Shown piece by piece: positions 11,501 to 26,500 of a DNA stretch of 64,000 nucleotides. The translations under genes and the position numbers were made by a program. Under the pieces are notes generated by a model. That model was not told the origin of the DNA. It did no database searches and saw nothing but the letters and a program-made list of their open reading frames with translations. Positions within the stretch are counted from its first letter, which is position 1; each line of letters starts with the position of its first letter. Source of the DNA: Chrysemys picta bellii. Its lineage: Eukaryota. The stretch is from NCBI RefSeq assembly GCF_011386835.1, contig NC_088796.1:60698001-60762000 (forward strand), read 5' to 3'.

Positions 11501-14500
11501 TAAGGAAATGTGGTGAAGCAGAGCAGAAATTAAAAATGCCATTTTATCTCTTTTTTTGAGCGCAGACACACTAGCATGCTGCTTAGCTCCATGCAGAGTG
11601 TAGAGGAAGACACATGTAAGGTAAACCCTGTGCCTTTTTATGAATAATCACAATATGATTTGCACATTTTCTTAAATCCAGGCAGCAATAAGTGATGATG
11701 CACTAGATGCCCTTTCTGATACTCTTGGTGCACCAGAACCTGAACCCAAAGAAGACCTTCGTTCCATTGTAGAAGTCTCAGAGGTATAATTAAATTTATA
11801 TTGTATCAGCTCCCAAAACTCCATTTTTCTAGGTGTTGTACAAATGCATAAGAAGAGAACAATCCATACCCCAAAGAACTTACTTACGTAGACTGTCGGT
11901 CCTTCATCAGTTAAGACTGAGCCAATCACAACACGTCTTCCAATCTTCTCTCGCTCTGGCCATCCTTCACCATGCTTGTCCATATCTCCTTGTTAGGAAA
12001 TCATCCCACTTCTTTGGAGGCCGACCGCATGGCCGTTTCAGTTCTCACGGATACCACTCAGATATAGCTGCAGTCCATCTGTTGTCACTGAGTTGGGCCA
12101 CATGTCCCTCCCACCGCATTTTGCTGAGCCTGCTTTCGACAACAACATCTCGCACTCCAGACTGCTGCCTAATTATTTAATTGGGGATGTGATCGCGGAG
12201 CAAAATGCTCCAAAATGTTCGTTCCATTGCCCTCTGTGTGACAGACAGTTGATGTTCTACAGTCTTTGTCAGCGACCATGTTTTGCTGCCATATAGCATC
12301 TCTGGAAGCACGGTTGAGTTAAAAAGATTCGCACGAGTTGTTTTGCTGATCTTTCCTTGGAGGATGTCCCTGATGTCATTGAATGCACACCATCCAGCTT
12401 TTTTTCTGCGTGACAGTTCGCCTTTCTGATCGTGGCACATGTTGACCTCCTGGCCCAAATAAACGTATTTGTCGACCTCTTGGATGTGCTCTCCTCCAAG
12501 AGTTATTTGGGTTCTTGGCAGAACATCTGATCTCATATATTTCATTTTCGACTGGTTCATTTTTAATCCAACTTGACTACTTTTCGCGTTCAGTTCTTTA
12601 AACATTCTCTCAAGCTGGACTGTATTTTCAGCGATTAGCACTATATCACTATAAGATCACTATAAGAACTTACTTAAGTGACAAAAAACAGACAAAGAGA
12701 GTAGAAATGAGATACAATGTACCAGAGAAGGGGACAGAGTAATGACTGTTGTGCTTCTTGTCGGTTACACTTAAATATATTTCTAACCATTGTCTTTTCT
12801 CTGACTATTTTTCCTTTTAACTCTAGTTGTTGGGTTTGGGGGTCGGAGGGGGGAGTTACAATTAATAGCATTTTGTCTTGTAAATAGTTCCTGTCTGACT
12901 TTTTTTCTGTTATTTTTGTATTTAGCCTGAATCTCTTCAATGTCTCTTAACTTTAGTGCTCATTTGGTATTTAATCCTTGCATGTTTTGAATTTTATCTT
13001 TACATCTAACACCATTCGCCTATTAGCTTTACATTATTTTATCCCTTCTCCATATTCAGTAATCGCACAAAGCAGGGGAGTGACAGGAAGGCAATGGAAA
13101 ATTAGTTGCTGTTGAAGGTGTCTGGAGTGCTGGCGCTAGTTCTGAACTTGATAGAAGGCATGATGTGATGTCAGAAGAGCTGACTGTCAGGAGAGTTTAG
13201 AGTCATTGTGGGAGGGCCTCTAGAAGAGCTGAGTGCTTTGGAGCTCATGGAAGGACTCTGGAGGCATAAAGGGGTGCACTGCTGGGACTCCATGTCTCCA
13301 GGTGGTTGCTCAGTGGAACAGGGGATACAATCCTACTCATCCTTTATCTCTTTCTGCTACTGATGTGGCCAGGGTGGTGGAGGCTGCCAGGAAAATTGGG
13401 AGCTTTGTACTGCGCCCCCTGAAGGCCTGTCGAGGCAGTGGCCAGTGATATTTATGTCTCTGCTGTGTGTCTTTGGGTTGTGTTTGAAGTGTAACACATC
13501 ATGGCCATGTTCTAAACTAGTGTTAATTTCAAAACAGTGGGGTTTTTTTAACCTAAATTTGGCATGAATAGACAATAGAGGACATCAAAGCATAGAATGG
13601 CTTAATCTGACTTTAGTGCCATTTAGAAAATGTAGATTGGAATGATCTTCTTTATTGAAGAGGGACTGTTGGTGGTTTTTCCTGGAATTTCTGTTCATCT
13701 ATATTTGTATCCTTTTCTTCAGGCAAAAGCTAAAGAGAAAAAAATAAACAAGGCTGGTGAACGTGATGATACAATCCCTCCAGAATACAGATTGAAACCA
13801 GCAATGGTAATTTTTCATCTCTACTTTCCTCATATAAATTATAGGTGTCTGACTAGCTCTGTGGTTGTGTCACAGGCAGGCAGTGAAGTTGGGGAAAGTA
13901 AAAAGTGGTGGAACTCTATTAATGACTAACTCTGAATGCACCCTGCCTGGATGGCTCCTGTATCCCCCCAGCCCTTTCCCCTTCCTTGAGGGTTCACTTA
14001 GAACTCTCCGCTGTCCCTCAGAGTAATGTGATGGATGTTGAGGAAAGGAACATGTAGACTTGCAAACAATATTGGCATTTATTTGGAATAGTTTCTCATG
14101 GAAAGTGCCAGAAGCACCATTTTACAACTGGATGTGTCACTTATATCTATAAATAAATATGTCTGTGGGGCTCATTCATGTAGTATGAAGTCCTGACAAA
14201 CACAATAGAGAAGTATTATCCACATTTTACCAATGGGCACACACAGAGAAGGAGACTTGTTCAAAATTATCAATATTGATGCAGTTAACAATGTATACAT
14301 TTCAACTGTCATCATTAGGTTTCAGTAGTAGCACATTCCATTTTGAATGGAGCAGTTTTTACCTCTCAGAGACTTTCAGTGTGTCTAATTGCAGACCTGG
14401 GAAGCTAACCTAAATAAACTGACATTCAGAAGATTTTCTTCAGAGCCATAAAGACTACAGAGTTAGGACCTAACTTACTATTGAGTTATCTACTGTTTTA

Positions 14501-17500
14501 AATTGATATTGAGTTAATCCAACATAAAACTGGAGTAATGCAGTGGTGACTGGCCTCAGGGCTAGATTCTCAGCAGTGTTCTGACTCCTTTTTGCCACTC
14601 AGGTATTGCAGTGGTATCTGACCAGATGAGAATTCCCCTGATATGGGGGTTCTTTCAGATGATGCAGAGCCAGTATACCCGGGTTCCTATGTCATCCCTT
14701 CCCTGGCCTAGGTGTCTGTGTTTATGGGGCGTAATATGTCAGTGGTGTGGCCAAAATGAGATGTGTTCCTACTTTCCCCACTTGACATACAGTTCCTTGA
14801 AGACCATTGCCAGCTGTTGTTTGGTTAGGGCTGCTCTAACCTACAGTGGTCCTGTAGCCCGCACATATGGGCCCTGAGACTCAGGAAGCCATAACAGGCT
14901 CCCAGATGTTCTCCTCTCTGCTGCACTGAGTGAAAAGTTGGTGCAGCAGAGAATCTGGGACTAAATGTTTTCTGTAAATGAAAGCTTAAATGCTGTAGTA
15001 GGAATGGCCTGCCAGAATAGTATTGAAATATATTCTGGCTCACTTTGTGCCTAGTCACAGTTTCTGTGGCCTCACTCTGTTGGCAGGCCCCAAGGAAGGG
15101 GGTGAGGAGACCTGCTGCTCCTACCCTGTACCATGAAGATAAAATGCTGTGTCCATGGAATTCTGTATTGTTAGTGCATGTCATCAAATGTGATATGGCA
15201 CAGATTTTGCTGAATGTGTATTTTCATTTGTTTTCTTTAATTCCTGGGTGTGTACGTGTTTAGGTATCTTTCCCATTGCAAATAACTTAAACTTGCAATT
15301 GTTTAATGGCATGGAAGCCATGTTTTCTAATAATAGAAAAAAACTAACAACAATATTTGTTTTTCCCTGCAGGATAAAGATGGAAAACCATTATTGCCAA
15401 AACCTGAAGAAAAGCCTAAGGTTAGAAAAGTAACAGTATTATAGGATTGCCAATAGATATCCTGGTGGTTTCCTGTTGGTTGGTTTTGTTTTCCCTTTTT
15501 GTCCTCTATTCTCCTATGTTCCTAGTATAACTACACAGTCTTGGTCCCTATTTATAGATGCACTTGTTTACACACTGTATAAGTGTAACTGATTTTTACT
15601 TTCTAGCCATCTGTCTCTGATATTGAAGTTGAATATTATTGTTCTGTAGGTAGATCTTGAGTAATACTGAAATGCTTCGCAGTTCTGGGCAACTACATCT
15701 GTATTCCCCCTTTACTGTGGTCCGCCAACAGCACCCACTCTAGGCTTCACAGAGGTGCCTCAGGTGTCACGTCTCTCTTGGGTGGAGACATACGTCTCTC
15801 TCCCTCCTGACCAGGCTGGGGTATTTCCAGGCTGCAGAGTCTCCTGACTATACTGTGATATCCCCAGTTTAAGCAGGCTTCTTTTGCCTTCTCTTCAAAG
15901 ATGATACACAATGTAATAGCCGGAGGTATAAGTTACCACACGGCTCTTTCTGAGTAAGCACATTTATTCTTAAGATAAAAGAAATGCAGACAAAATATAA
16001 AAAAAAAAATAAAAGAACCTACATGAATGCTAATAAAAGCTGATACCATATTCCTCCCATTGCCTATACGTGATCTGTACTTGAAACATTATAATCGTAT
16101 ACTGTCATACTAAATGTTAGGCCTAATCTACACTTAAAACTTAAGTCAATGTAGGTACGGCATCAGGTGTGTGAAAAATTCATCCCCCCTGAGCACCATA
16201 GCTATGCTGACCTAACTCCCAGTGTAGATGCAGCTAGGGTGACAGAAGAATGATTCTGTGGACCCCGCTACTATCCCTCAGGGAGTTACTGTTTCCACAG
16301 CAATGGAAAAATGCCTTCTCTCACCATAAGCTGCACCTATGCTACGGGGTTATGTTGGCATAGCTACATTGCTGTAGCTATGTCAGTGTAGACCGCACAG
16401 AGTAGACATAGCCTAAGTCATTTATGCTATTGCTTTTAAAAGCTTAGAATCCTCTCATGAAATAAGTTATACTTTGCTTTTTGGTAACACTGTAAACTAT
16501 TTTTAAAATGGAATGTTATTCCAGTAAAAATAATTTTTAATTACAAAACTAGACAAATTCTGGAAAAGATTTTCTCAAGAAATATTCATTAACTATGCCT
16601 ACGTAGTATATTTTAAAATGTAAAAGGTGCTGACCAAGCAAGTTAATCTAGAATTTTTGTAAAATAAAAACAATTGTATCAGTCACTTTGTACCACATTT
16701 GTGTCCATTTTGTATTGCAGCCTGTAAGTGAATCTGATCTTATTGATGAATTTTCAAAAGACTTTGTCTGTCCTGCGCCACCTGCAGCCCAATCTAAACC
16801 ATCTAAACCCACCGACACATCTAAAGTAAGTAAGTCTTCTTTGATCTTAAGTAAAAAAATCATCTTAATATTCAGTGTTCAATTTCACTGTCACTGGACA
16901 ATTTTAGGATAGAGGAACACTTAAAAAAAAGTACATGGTTCTCTGGTTTCTGTATCCCATAATATTCTCTCCCCAGAAAAATCTCCTCATTTTTATTTTC
17001 TCCATGAGCTGTTCTCTGCTGCATTCTGTTGAAAGGTTTATATCTCCATGTTCTTTTTCTGATTTTCATCGCTTAGTACTTCAGTGCATTAATAAAGTTT
17101 GCTGCATTTGTTTCTTTCAGAAACCTGCAGTTACTGCACCTGCAAAGGCTCCTGCAGAGGAAGTTGTCTCCTCTTCTGCAGTTTCTACTGTGCAATCATC
17201 AGCTCCATCAACTACTACTTCAGTGAGTAACCTGTAGAGAATCGGAATTGGTGCTAAAGTAAAAGCACAAAGCTGTTTTGTGAAAAGTTAGAGAAGTATG
17301 GCTTTGTGGGATACTATTGCAAACTTCCCAGTCAAGCACTTCAGAATAATCTCTTCATGGTTTATCTATATGATATCGATTGAATTTCCGAAGGGATACC
17401 TGTGATTTGAACTCTTGTGATGACCCCTGGCATTTTTTCTTGAAAGAGACAATCATTTCGCTATGCTTGAGAGTATGTGCTTCACATGCTTTCCTAAATT

Positions 17501-20500
17501 CTTTTTAAGATGATGCTGTTTATGAACTTTTTATTGCCAGTAAAGATAAATGTAATAAAACATTTTATGAAAAAAAACAACTGCACTCCTATGTATTTAG
17601 GAAGACTATATTACTGGCAGACCTCCCTACCTCTGCAGTCATGGAGTATATAAATCAAAACTTGTGGAAGTATCTAGTTGTTAATCATGTCTACCTGGAG
17701 AACACTCTGCCAAAGTCCTAGACAATCTGTGCTTCAGTGACACACTTTAGGGGGAAAGGCAATTTATAATTAGAGCCATACCAAATTCACAGTCCATTTT
17801 GGTAAATTTTATGTTCATTGGATTTAAAAAATGTTAAATTTCATCGTTTCAGAAATTTAAATTTGAAATTTCACGGTATTGTAACCGTAGGGGTCCCAAC
17901 CCAAATTGGGGATGGGGGTCGCGAGACTACTGTAGGGGGTTGCAGTATTGACATCCTTACTTGAGCGGTGCTGCCTTCAGAGCTGGGCTCCCAGCCAGCA
18001 GCCGTGGAGGTTCCTGCATCTGGGGGAGGTTCCCAGAGGTGGGTCTGACCTGGCCCTGGGAGCAGCCTATGCAGAGGAAGAGGATGTTCCAGCTAGGTTG
18101 GGACTAGCAACTAGAGCCCAGCATATGGTAGCAGTCCCCAGCTGGGGTGCCTCAGCCCGTCCCCAGCTCTGGAACCAGCGCTTGGGCTGTCTGTGTGTGG
18201 TGGGATTTGTGAGCACAGTGCCCCCCAACCATGGCGCCTTGGGCGGTCACCCACCTGTAAGGCCAGCTCAAAAGTGACCTCCTCCCCCCATACTATGCCA
18301 TCCTTGCTTTTGCGCTGCTGCTGGCAGTGGTGCTGCCATCAGAGCTGGGCACCTGGCCAGAAGCTGCTGCTCTCCGGCTGCCCAGCTCTGAAGGCAGCAC
18401 AGAAGTAAGAGCGGCAATCCCGTGACCCTCCTATAATAGCCAGATATCACAGGGAGACCAGATTTCACGGTCCATGATGCATTTTTCCTGGCCATGAATT
18501 TGGTAGGGCCCTATCTATAATTTTTGAGTTTATTAGTATGGATAGTTGTATCTTCTCGAGTTTTTCATATATATTGCTTGCAAAGTAAAATTGTGTTTAT
18601 AATCTGTGGTTAGAAATTCTGAATACGTTTCTTCAAAAACAGCTTAATGTCAATACAACTGCAGTTGTGTCTAATAACATCTAATGCTTTTGTAGGCTGG
18701 ACATGTGTCAGATGAGGCAGTGGAAGCCTTGTGTGGTAGTCTAGGAAAGAGAGAGCCTGACCCAGAAGAAAACAAATCTGCTGTGGATAAAGTGAAGGTA
18801 TTAAAATAGCCAGGCCTTCAAAAAACACTTTGTAAAAGTAGTTATCCTGAGTTATGTTGTATTAGCTTAGACCAGGGGTCGGGAACGTTCGGCACGCAGC
18901 TCGCCAGGGTAAGCACCCTAGCGGGCCGGGCCAGTTTATTTACCTGCTGACGTGGCAGGTTCGGCCGATCACGGCCCCCACTGGCTGCGGTTCGTCGTCC
19001 CGGGCCAATGGGGGCGGCGGGAAGCCGCAGCCAGCACATCCCTCACCCGTGCAGGCATAGAGATCAAAGTTGGTTACCTAAGAAATAAAACTAAATTTGC
19101 ACTCTTAATTCTAATTTAAAAACACTAAGCAAGATTTGAATCCATCTCCCATCCTAGATGACACAAGCAGCTTACAGTTCCTCAATACACAGACTGGTCC
19201 CAGGCTGAAAGAGGGTCCAGTCTCCCTAGTTCAAAGTCAGTGTCTTCCAGATGATCTTTCAGGTGTTGAGATGTGGGGGGAAAGAGGCCAAATTATGATG
19301 TCTTTACCTTAGATCTTAGTCCATTCTGTGCTTTGCTGCACATTGGGCTATCCACATTTGCCATCCTTGCCTGTCAACTGCCCTTTTCTCCAAATCTTCT
19401 CATTTCATGTTGAGGTGCTTGATGTTGTTCAGAACTGTTCGTTTCCATGTTATTCGTGGTCTTCCTCTCTTTCTTTCTTTCTTGCATTTTCTGGCTTCCA
19501 TTCAAGGGCGGTATTTGGTAAGCGTTCTTTTTCCATTCTCAGCACATGTCCCAGCCCCCGATGTCTTCTTTTGTAGATTATTTGTGAGAGGGTGCCTTGT
19601 CCAGTCATTTTTCTGACTTCTTCATTCATCTTCCTATCTCTATATGTTCTTCCCAACATTCTTCTCAGACATTAGTGATGAAATGCATCCAGCTTTTGCG
19701 TCTCTTTCTTGGTAAGTTGCCATGTCCCACTGCTGTATGTTGTAATGGTGATAACAATTGCTTTGTACACATTCAGTTTTATCTTGAGGGAGATGTTTTT
19801 GAGTTGCCAGATGTTTTTGAGTCTTCCAAATGCAGCGTTTGCCCTCCCGATTCTTCTTCTTCTTCTTCTTCTTCTTCTTCTTCTTTCCTCGGAACTAGTA
19901 CCATCTTGGTTGACGGTACTTCCAAGATACGTAAAATTGTCTGCCTTCTCCAGTTTCTCATCTTCAATTTTGATTTCTGTCCCTATATTCCCCATTAACA
20001 TTATTTTACATTTCTTTGCATTGTGTATCAAACCCATCTTCTCCATTACTTCTTTAACTTGGTTTATGCATTTTTGTAGTCTGTTGGCATCTTCATTGAT
20101 AAGAGCGATGTCGTCAGCAAAGTCTAGATCAAATAGCCTTGAATTGTTCCATTTTAGGCCATATGTATCACTATTGCATTGTTTTAATTCATAGTCGATG
20201 ACTAGCATAAACAAAAAAGGAGACAGGACACACCTCTGCCTTACACCTGTCTTGATGCTGAATGGCTTGCTGAATCCATTTTCCATTTTAACGCACCATT
20301 TTGAGTTGGTATAGAATGCCTTCATAATGTTAATTAATTTTGTTGGAATTCCATATTGTTCCACAATTTTCCCCATTTTTTTCTCTGTTTACACTATTGA
20401 ATTCCTTTTGAAAGTCCACAAAATTGATGGCAAGACTGCCTTGGAATTCCATTGTGTTCTAAATAATCCACCTCAGGGTGAAACTAGTGTCTGTGCACGA

Positions 20501-23500
20501 TCTCCCTTGTCTAAATCCAGATTGTTGTTCATGTAGGATGATATCCATCTTTCCTTTCATTCTGTTCAAGAGGACTGCTGCTAATACTTCACCTTTGACA
20601 GCTAGAAGCATTACTCCCCTCCAATTTGAACAATTGTTTAGATCACCTTTCTTTGGTAACTTTATTATGATACCGAGGGTCCGTTCTTCCGGCACTTTCT
20701 CCTCCGTCCATATTTTGTTGCACAGGGAACAGATGACTGATTCCACGTCTTCGCCTCCATTTTTAAGCATCTCTGGATGAATGCCATCCAAACCCAGGTG
20801 CCTTGTTGTTTTTCAGCTTCTGCAATGCTTTTTTTTACTACTTAGCTTTTTACCTCAGATACATCTATATCTAGGTCTAATGGTTTATCATTGTTAAATT
20901 CCAATCTTGTAATTGGTTCTGGTTGGTTTAGCACTTCTTTGAAGTGTTCCATGCATCTATTTTCTTGTTCCTCCTGTGTTTTCAAAATTTCTCCTTGTTT
21001 CCCTTTCACTGGGACACTTCAGAATTTTGATCCATATTGTGTTAACTGTTTCAGGATCATGTAAACTGTTCTTGTATCGTTTCTTTCCCCTGCTTCTTCA
21101 GTTTCACTAGCCTTACTTTCTATCCAGTTTTGCTTATCTTTTTTGCATTGTTTCTTTACTGCTTTGTCAAGGTTCCTGTACAGTAACTCCCCACTTAACG
21201 TCCTCTCACTTAACGTTGTTTCGATGTTATGTCCCTGCTCGATTACAGAACATGCTCCATTTAAAGTTGTGCAGTGCTTTGCTATAATGTCATTTGGCTG
21301 CCTGCTTTGTCCACAGCTGGCAGCCCCCTATCAGCTCTCCTATGGCCCCCCCGCTAGCGCCTCTGGCCCGCCAGCAGACCCCGCGGATCAGCGCCTTCCC
21401 CTTCCTCCCCTCCCCTCCTGTCCATTGCAATCAGCTGGCTTGCAGCGTTCAGGAGGGAGGGAGGAGGAGCAAGGACTCAGCGTGCAGGCTCCCCCTTTCT
21501 CCCCTGCCTCCCGAATGCCGCAAACCAGCTGATTGCCGCGGGCAGGGGGAAGGGGAGGGACGGGGGGAGGAACGAGGATGCAGCGCGCAGAGTAAAGGGG
21601 GAGGAGGGAGTGCAGAAGAGGTGGATTAAGGGTGCGGGTTTGGGGGAAGGGGTGGCGTGAACCCCCTCCGCCCCTGGTGCTTGCAGAGTAGGGGAAGCTG
21701 CTGCTGCGCAATGTGCTTCTCCTAGCCTACAGCACCTTCAGCCTCCTTGCCTGCCTCATTGTCTCCAGTGCCAGTGTGGGGTAAGGCGGGGCCATCTCCC
21801 AACTATTGTACTGTACTGTATGGCAAAAAAAAATTTCTCTGGAACCTAACCCCCCTCCATTTACATTCATTCTTATGGGGAAATTGCATTCGCTTAACAT
21901 CGTTTCACTTAAAGTTGCATTTTTCAGGAGCATAACTACAACATTAAGTGAGGAGTTACTGTAGGTTTGCTTTGTTTCTTCAGTCCCATGTTGTAGTACT
22001 AGAGCCTTTTGTTTTCTTCTTTTGTCTATAATTTTCAATGTTTCTTCTGAGATCCACTGTTTTTTATTGCTTCCTCTCTTTCTACCAATTATCTTTTCAG
22101 CTGCTTCTAGCATAGCTGTTTTGAAAAGATCCCAGTATTTTTCCACTTCGTTTTTTTCAAGATCTTTAAGGGCCTCAAACTCTATCTTTTTTACCTCTAT
22201 CTGATATTCTTTTCGTACCCTGCAATCTTGTAGTTTCTATGTATTGAATATAATCTGAGTCTGTGTTCTTTTTAAGCGCTTTAAACTTCAATTTGATGTT
22301 TGCTTTCAGCAAATAGTGATCACTCCCTATATCCGCTCCTCTGAATACGCTTGTGTCTAACACTGATGTTCGCCACCTCTGACTAACACAGATATAGTCG
22401 ATCTCATTTTGTGTATGGCCATTTGGTGAAATCCGTGTCTTTTTGTGTATGTTTTTATATCGGAAGAAAGAATTGCAGATGCTCAACTTGAATTTTGTGC
22501 CGAAAACAATAAGTCTTGTGCCATTGTCTGTCGTTGTTCCAGTTGTATGTGTGCTGATTGTTTCCCAACCTCTTCTTTCATTTCCGATCTGGGAATTAAA
22601 ATCTCCCACAAGATCATGGTTTGGTATTTCTTTCATTATGATGTCACTGCCCCTCTTTTTTATATTTTCTTCCAGCTGCTAGAAAGATCCTTGCTGTGAT
22701 GTGGGTTAGTCCGTCCCCATGGCATACTTGCCTTCTCTGAGGAGTCCCTGGGAGAGTGGATTCTTGTTGATCGGCCATCAACACCTATCTGACCTCCTTT
22801 GTTGCAACTGAAAGGCCTGCTATGGGCATTTCCCAACCTCAGAACATATTTCAGTAGCACATATAGCAATCCTTCATAACTTCACATACAATGATAGTAC
22901 ATATACTTCAACATGATATTAATATTCAACAGATCAAGACTTTTAAAATGACACCTCACAAGGCATACTTGTACAAAACATATCATAGTCATATCACAAT
23001 ATGAATATGCAGGTTCCACGGTGCTACTTGGAGGTAGAGTTTCACAAAATTATTAGCATAAATTAGTGCAGAATGATTTATAAGTGATTTTTTTCAAAAT
23101 TCATTTTAGGCATGCATATATACCTTAAGAATGAAATATTGTGTAACACAGTATCCTTTCTACATTCACGCAGCAACAAAAAAATCAATTAGTCCCTTAA
23201 AAGGAACCACATTTTAGATTTTGTGCTGGTTTATTATTTAAGTAAATTTCCTCCTTCTTAAAGACAAAGCTACATTTGTTTGTAAAGGTGTTCTATGATT
23301 GAAACAACAGGGTTCAATATATTACTAGAAGGATCTTTCACTCTGTTGGACATCTTCACAATTTTTCTGTCAACCGTAAAAACCTGTAAAACCTTATGAC
23401 CTCTGGGTCAGGTATTACTTAAAGCAGCCAAAGATAGCTGGTGGAGAATTACCCCAGCTCATGGGAACTCTCAGCCAGCAGAAAGCTGCTGTCTTCTGCC

Positions 23501-26500
23501 CCAGCTACCTTCCCTGCTTCCCTAGGCCTAATCCTGCCCCTGTGCAGCCTTACCTTGCAGCCCTGAATCGGAGCTGTCAGCATGTTTCATACAGAGAACA
23601 GAATCAAGGCCCATGGGTGTTTTATTGTTGTTGGTTTATACTTACTCTCATATTTACTTTTTATCAGTTTTATACCAAATATAATGCTATTAAAATTAAA
23701 TGAATTACTCCTCATTTTATATTGAAATAAGTGAGTGGAGAATCAGACTTAAGACTCATCAGAAGAAAGCATGAGATTTTTGCCTGATAATTAAACTGCA
23801 TTTGCAAGGGAACATCTGCCTACAATGATGCTGTACTGGAAGAGAGTCAAAAACTTGCTCACATGCAGTATGTAAGGCCTCGTGACATTTCTGTTGAGAA
23901 ATGTTCCACTTTTGTTTTCCCCCTTAGGAGAAAGCCAAACAAGAAGAACGAGAAAAACTGGGTGAAGATGAAGAAACTATCCCTCCTGAATACAGGTTAA
24001 TAGAAGTAAAGGTAATTCCTTTTGATATGTTCCTGTATTCTTTGCACCCCTTTCCTCGTTCTTGAATGTTGCTTCAGGCACTACAGTAATATATAATGAT
24101 TGGCTTTATTGTAATTTGTGGTTCATCAGCATATCTGAATACTAGGAAACTTTTATTTAGATATCTAAATACAGGTAAAGGTGGTTTAGCTTTATGCACC
24201 CAAATGTGAATAACTCTGGCTGAGAGGGGTGAATTGGATTATTTACTATTTGTGCTTCAAAAGAATAATTATTAAGTTCCAATCAGTTATGTCGCTGTAA
24301 CCCAGTGAATTTTTGCAAATGTCACCAAGGGCATAATCTGATGACAGTAGAGTTGCACAGGCATAACTGAGGCCTGCAAAACCCTTTGTTGCTGATGTGT
24401 TAGAAATTACCCTCCTTGACCCTAAGTTCTGGAGTGATTATGGAGGGCTACAAGTTAGGCTTTCATTTGCAAACTGAGCATATTTGATATGGCAATGGAG
24501 AGACAGTAAGCATGGAAGTTCACAATGACATTTTTGGAGTCTCTCTTTCAGAGTAGAACTATATTTTAAATTCAGTCAAAAGCCTGACCAATGGCTGTAT
24601 TAAAAAAAAAAGGGGGGGGGGGGGTTGGGGGGAGAGGCAGTGTAATAACATTTTGTATATTTTTAATCACTGTTACCAAAGACTTGTGTTTCGTGGTCAT
24701 AGAGAACTACTTTGTTAAACAGTGTTTTCTCTGTAGGATAAAGATGGAAAACCACTCTTGCCAAAATCTAAAGAAAAACCCCAGGTCAGTGAGTAAATAT
24801 TCAGAAAATCTTTCACTTATCCATTTGTTATTCAGTAAACAGAGAAGGAAAAGATTTCCTATTCTCTTAAGCTTTTAGCTGTATTCTGACTCTCTAAATT
24901 ATTCAGGTATAATGAGAGCAATCAACAGAATTCAAACAAAGGATAAAAAAGCTGGTGTCATTTCTTTTAAATTATAGCCCATGAATGAAAGTGATCTCTT
25001 GGATGCTTTGTCAGAGGGATTTGACAGTTCCCCAGCAACATTACCATCTGCACCACTAGCTACACCTAACGTAAGATCTCTGAATTTACTTGATTAAATT
25101 GATTAAATAACTTGTATTTTCCATGATTTTTATAGTAAACGTAGAAGGAGAAAAAACAGGCCCAGGCTTTCTTAAATGATGAGAAAAATTGGGTGTATTT
25201 TATTGTTGTGTCTAATTTAACAGATGATTGTGTTGGTAACACACAATCATTGAGACTTTTCAAAGCAATCTAGGGGATTTAGACATGTGAGGTGAAGTCC
25301 TAGACCCATTGTAATCACTATGATTGTTCCCATTGACTTCAGTGAAGTCCAGATTTCACCCACTAATTTTAATGGAGAGTATGTGTTTAACTCTATTAGG
25401 CTGAGTTGGACAAGTTACTTTTGAGGTATGGAATGTAGAAAACATAAGTTTAAATGACTTCTTGAGAACTGTTATGCCCTTTAATGGGGATGGGGAGGGG
25501 AGTAAATTAGGCTGAAATAGATACAGTATGTTAGAAGAATCAAGTCCCAGATGAGCACTGTACGGATGAAAATAAAACAGTTGTGCATCCCAGAAACTTG
25601 GGATTTCCTATGTATGTTTATAGTATTATATACACTGGTAACAACATTTTTTATTTTAGAAATCCACAGCTGTTAAATCTTCTCCAGCTGCCTCTGAAGA
25701 AGTTGTCTCCTCCACTACAGCTTCTGCAGTGCACTCAGCAGCTCCTCCAGCTGCTACCCCAGTAAGCAGCGTTCATTGTTGTTGATGGTGATGGTCATAC
25801 TAAAACCTGTTAGAGGAAGGAAACAGGAGATCTTTTTAGAGTAGTTCTTAATGGTGGAGCCTGTTGTAAAATTGAATCCTTTACTATTGAAACTGGCTAT
25901 TAAGAAGATAGATTTTTCTCCGGAAAAGAATTCTAGGCTTCTGCATTTTGTGTACAGTTTTGCACTATGGCCCAAATTTTGGCTTATGTTACATATATGC
26001 ACATTCCAGAAACCCCCTGGCTAGCACCAGGAATGAAGGCTGTAGGGTTGTCCATCCCTTTTCTGGTTCCTTCAGAAACATGGAAGGCATAACTAGATGT
26101 GACCTAGGAGTCATGGGCTGTGATTGTGTATGTAGACATGTTAATGCAAGACTCGGCAATAGTCTGTATGAATAGCCCCCTTTCAGCTCCGAGTTGGAAT
26201 AGATTTTATAATTGATCTGTGAGAGGGACTGGTCTTGGCCAGAATAGGAGCATACATTCACCTTATTTTTTTGCAGTGTGTATGTGCACAATTTTGAGGC
26301 TTGTTATGCTTTTTTTCCCTCTTATGTCTGCCAGAATTTAACCCTATGTTTGGTCAGCTAAATAAAAATACAAGCTAGATCCCTATGGTGTACCCTTGCA
26401 GGACCATGTGGTTCTGTGATTTTTGTGAGGCCTCTGCAGGCGGTGTTGAGGCAGAAAATGCAAGTAAAAGTAGAATACTGTAGTGTCATGATGACAAATC

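Larger units (their letters stand above)
19305..22690 (-). mobile_element. RTE-clade LINE (APE endonuclease + RT), decayed, interrupted by a Tigger
   Basis: [37 protein letters not shown]; [43 protein letters not shown]. Confidence 0.92.

Noticed and set aside
13070-13450. Possible old L2-like fragment
   Set aside because: The resemblance is compositional only; no peptide motif could be confirmed, so it is not listed as a feature.
19779-19967. ORFs with poly-Glu, poly-Ser or poly-Leu tracts
   Set aside because: These are alternative frames of the (TTC)n microsatellite inside the RTE.
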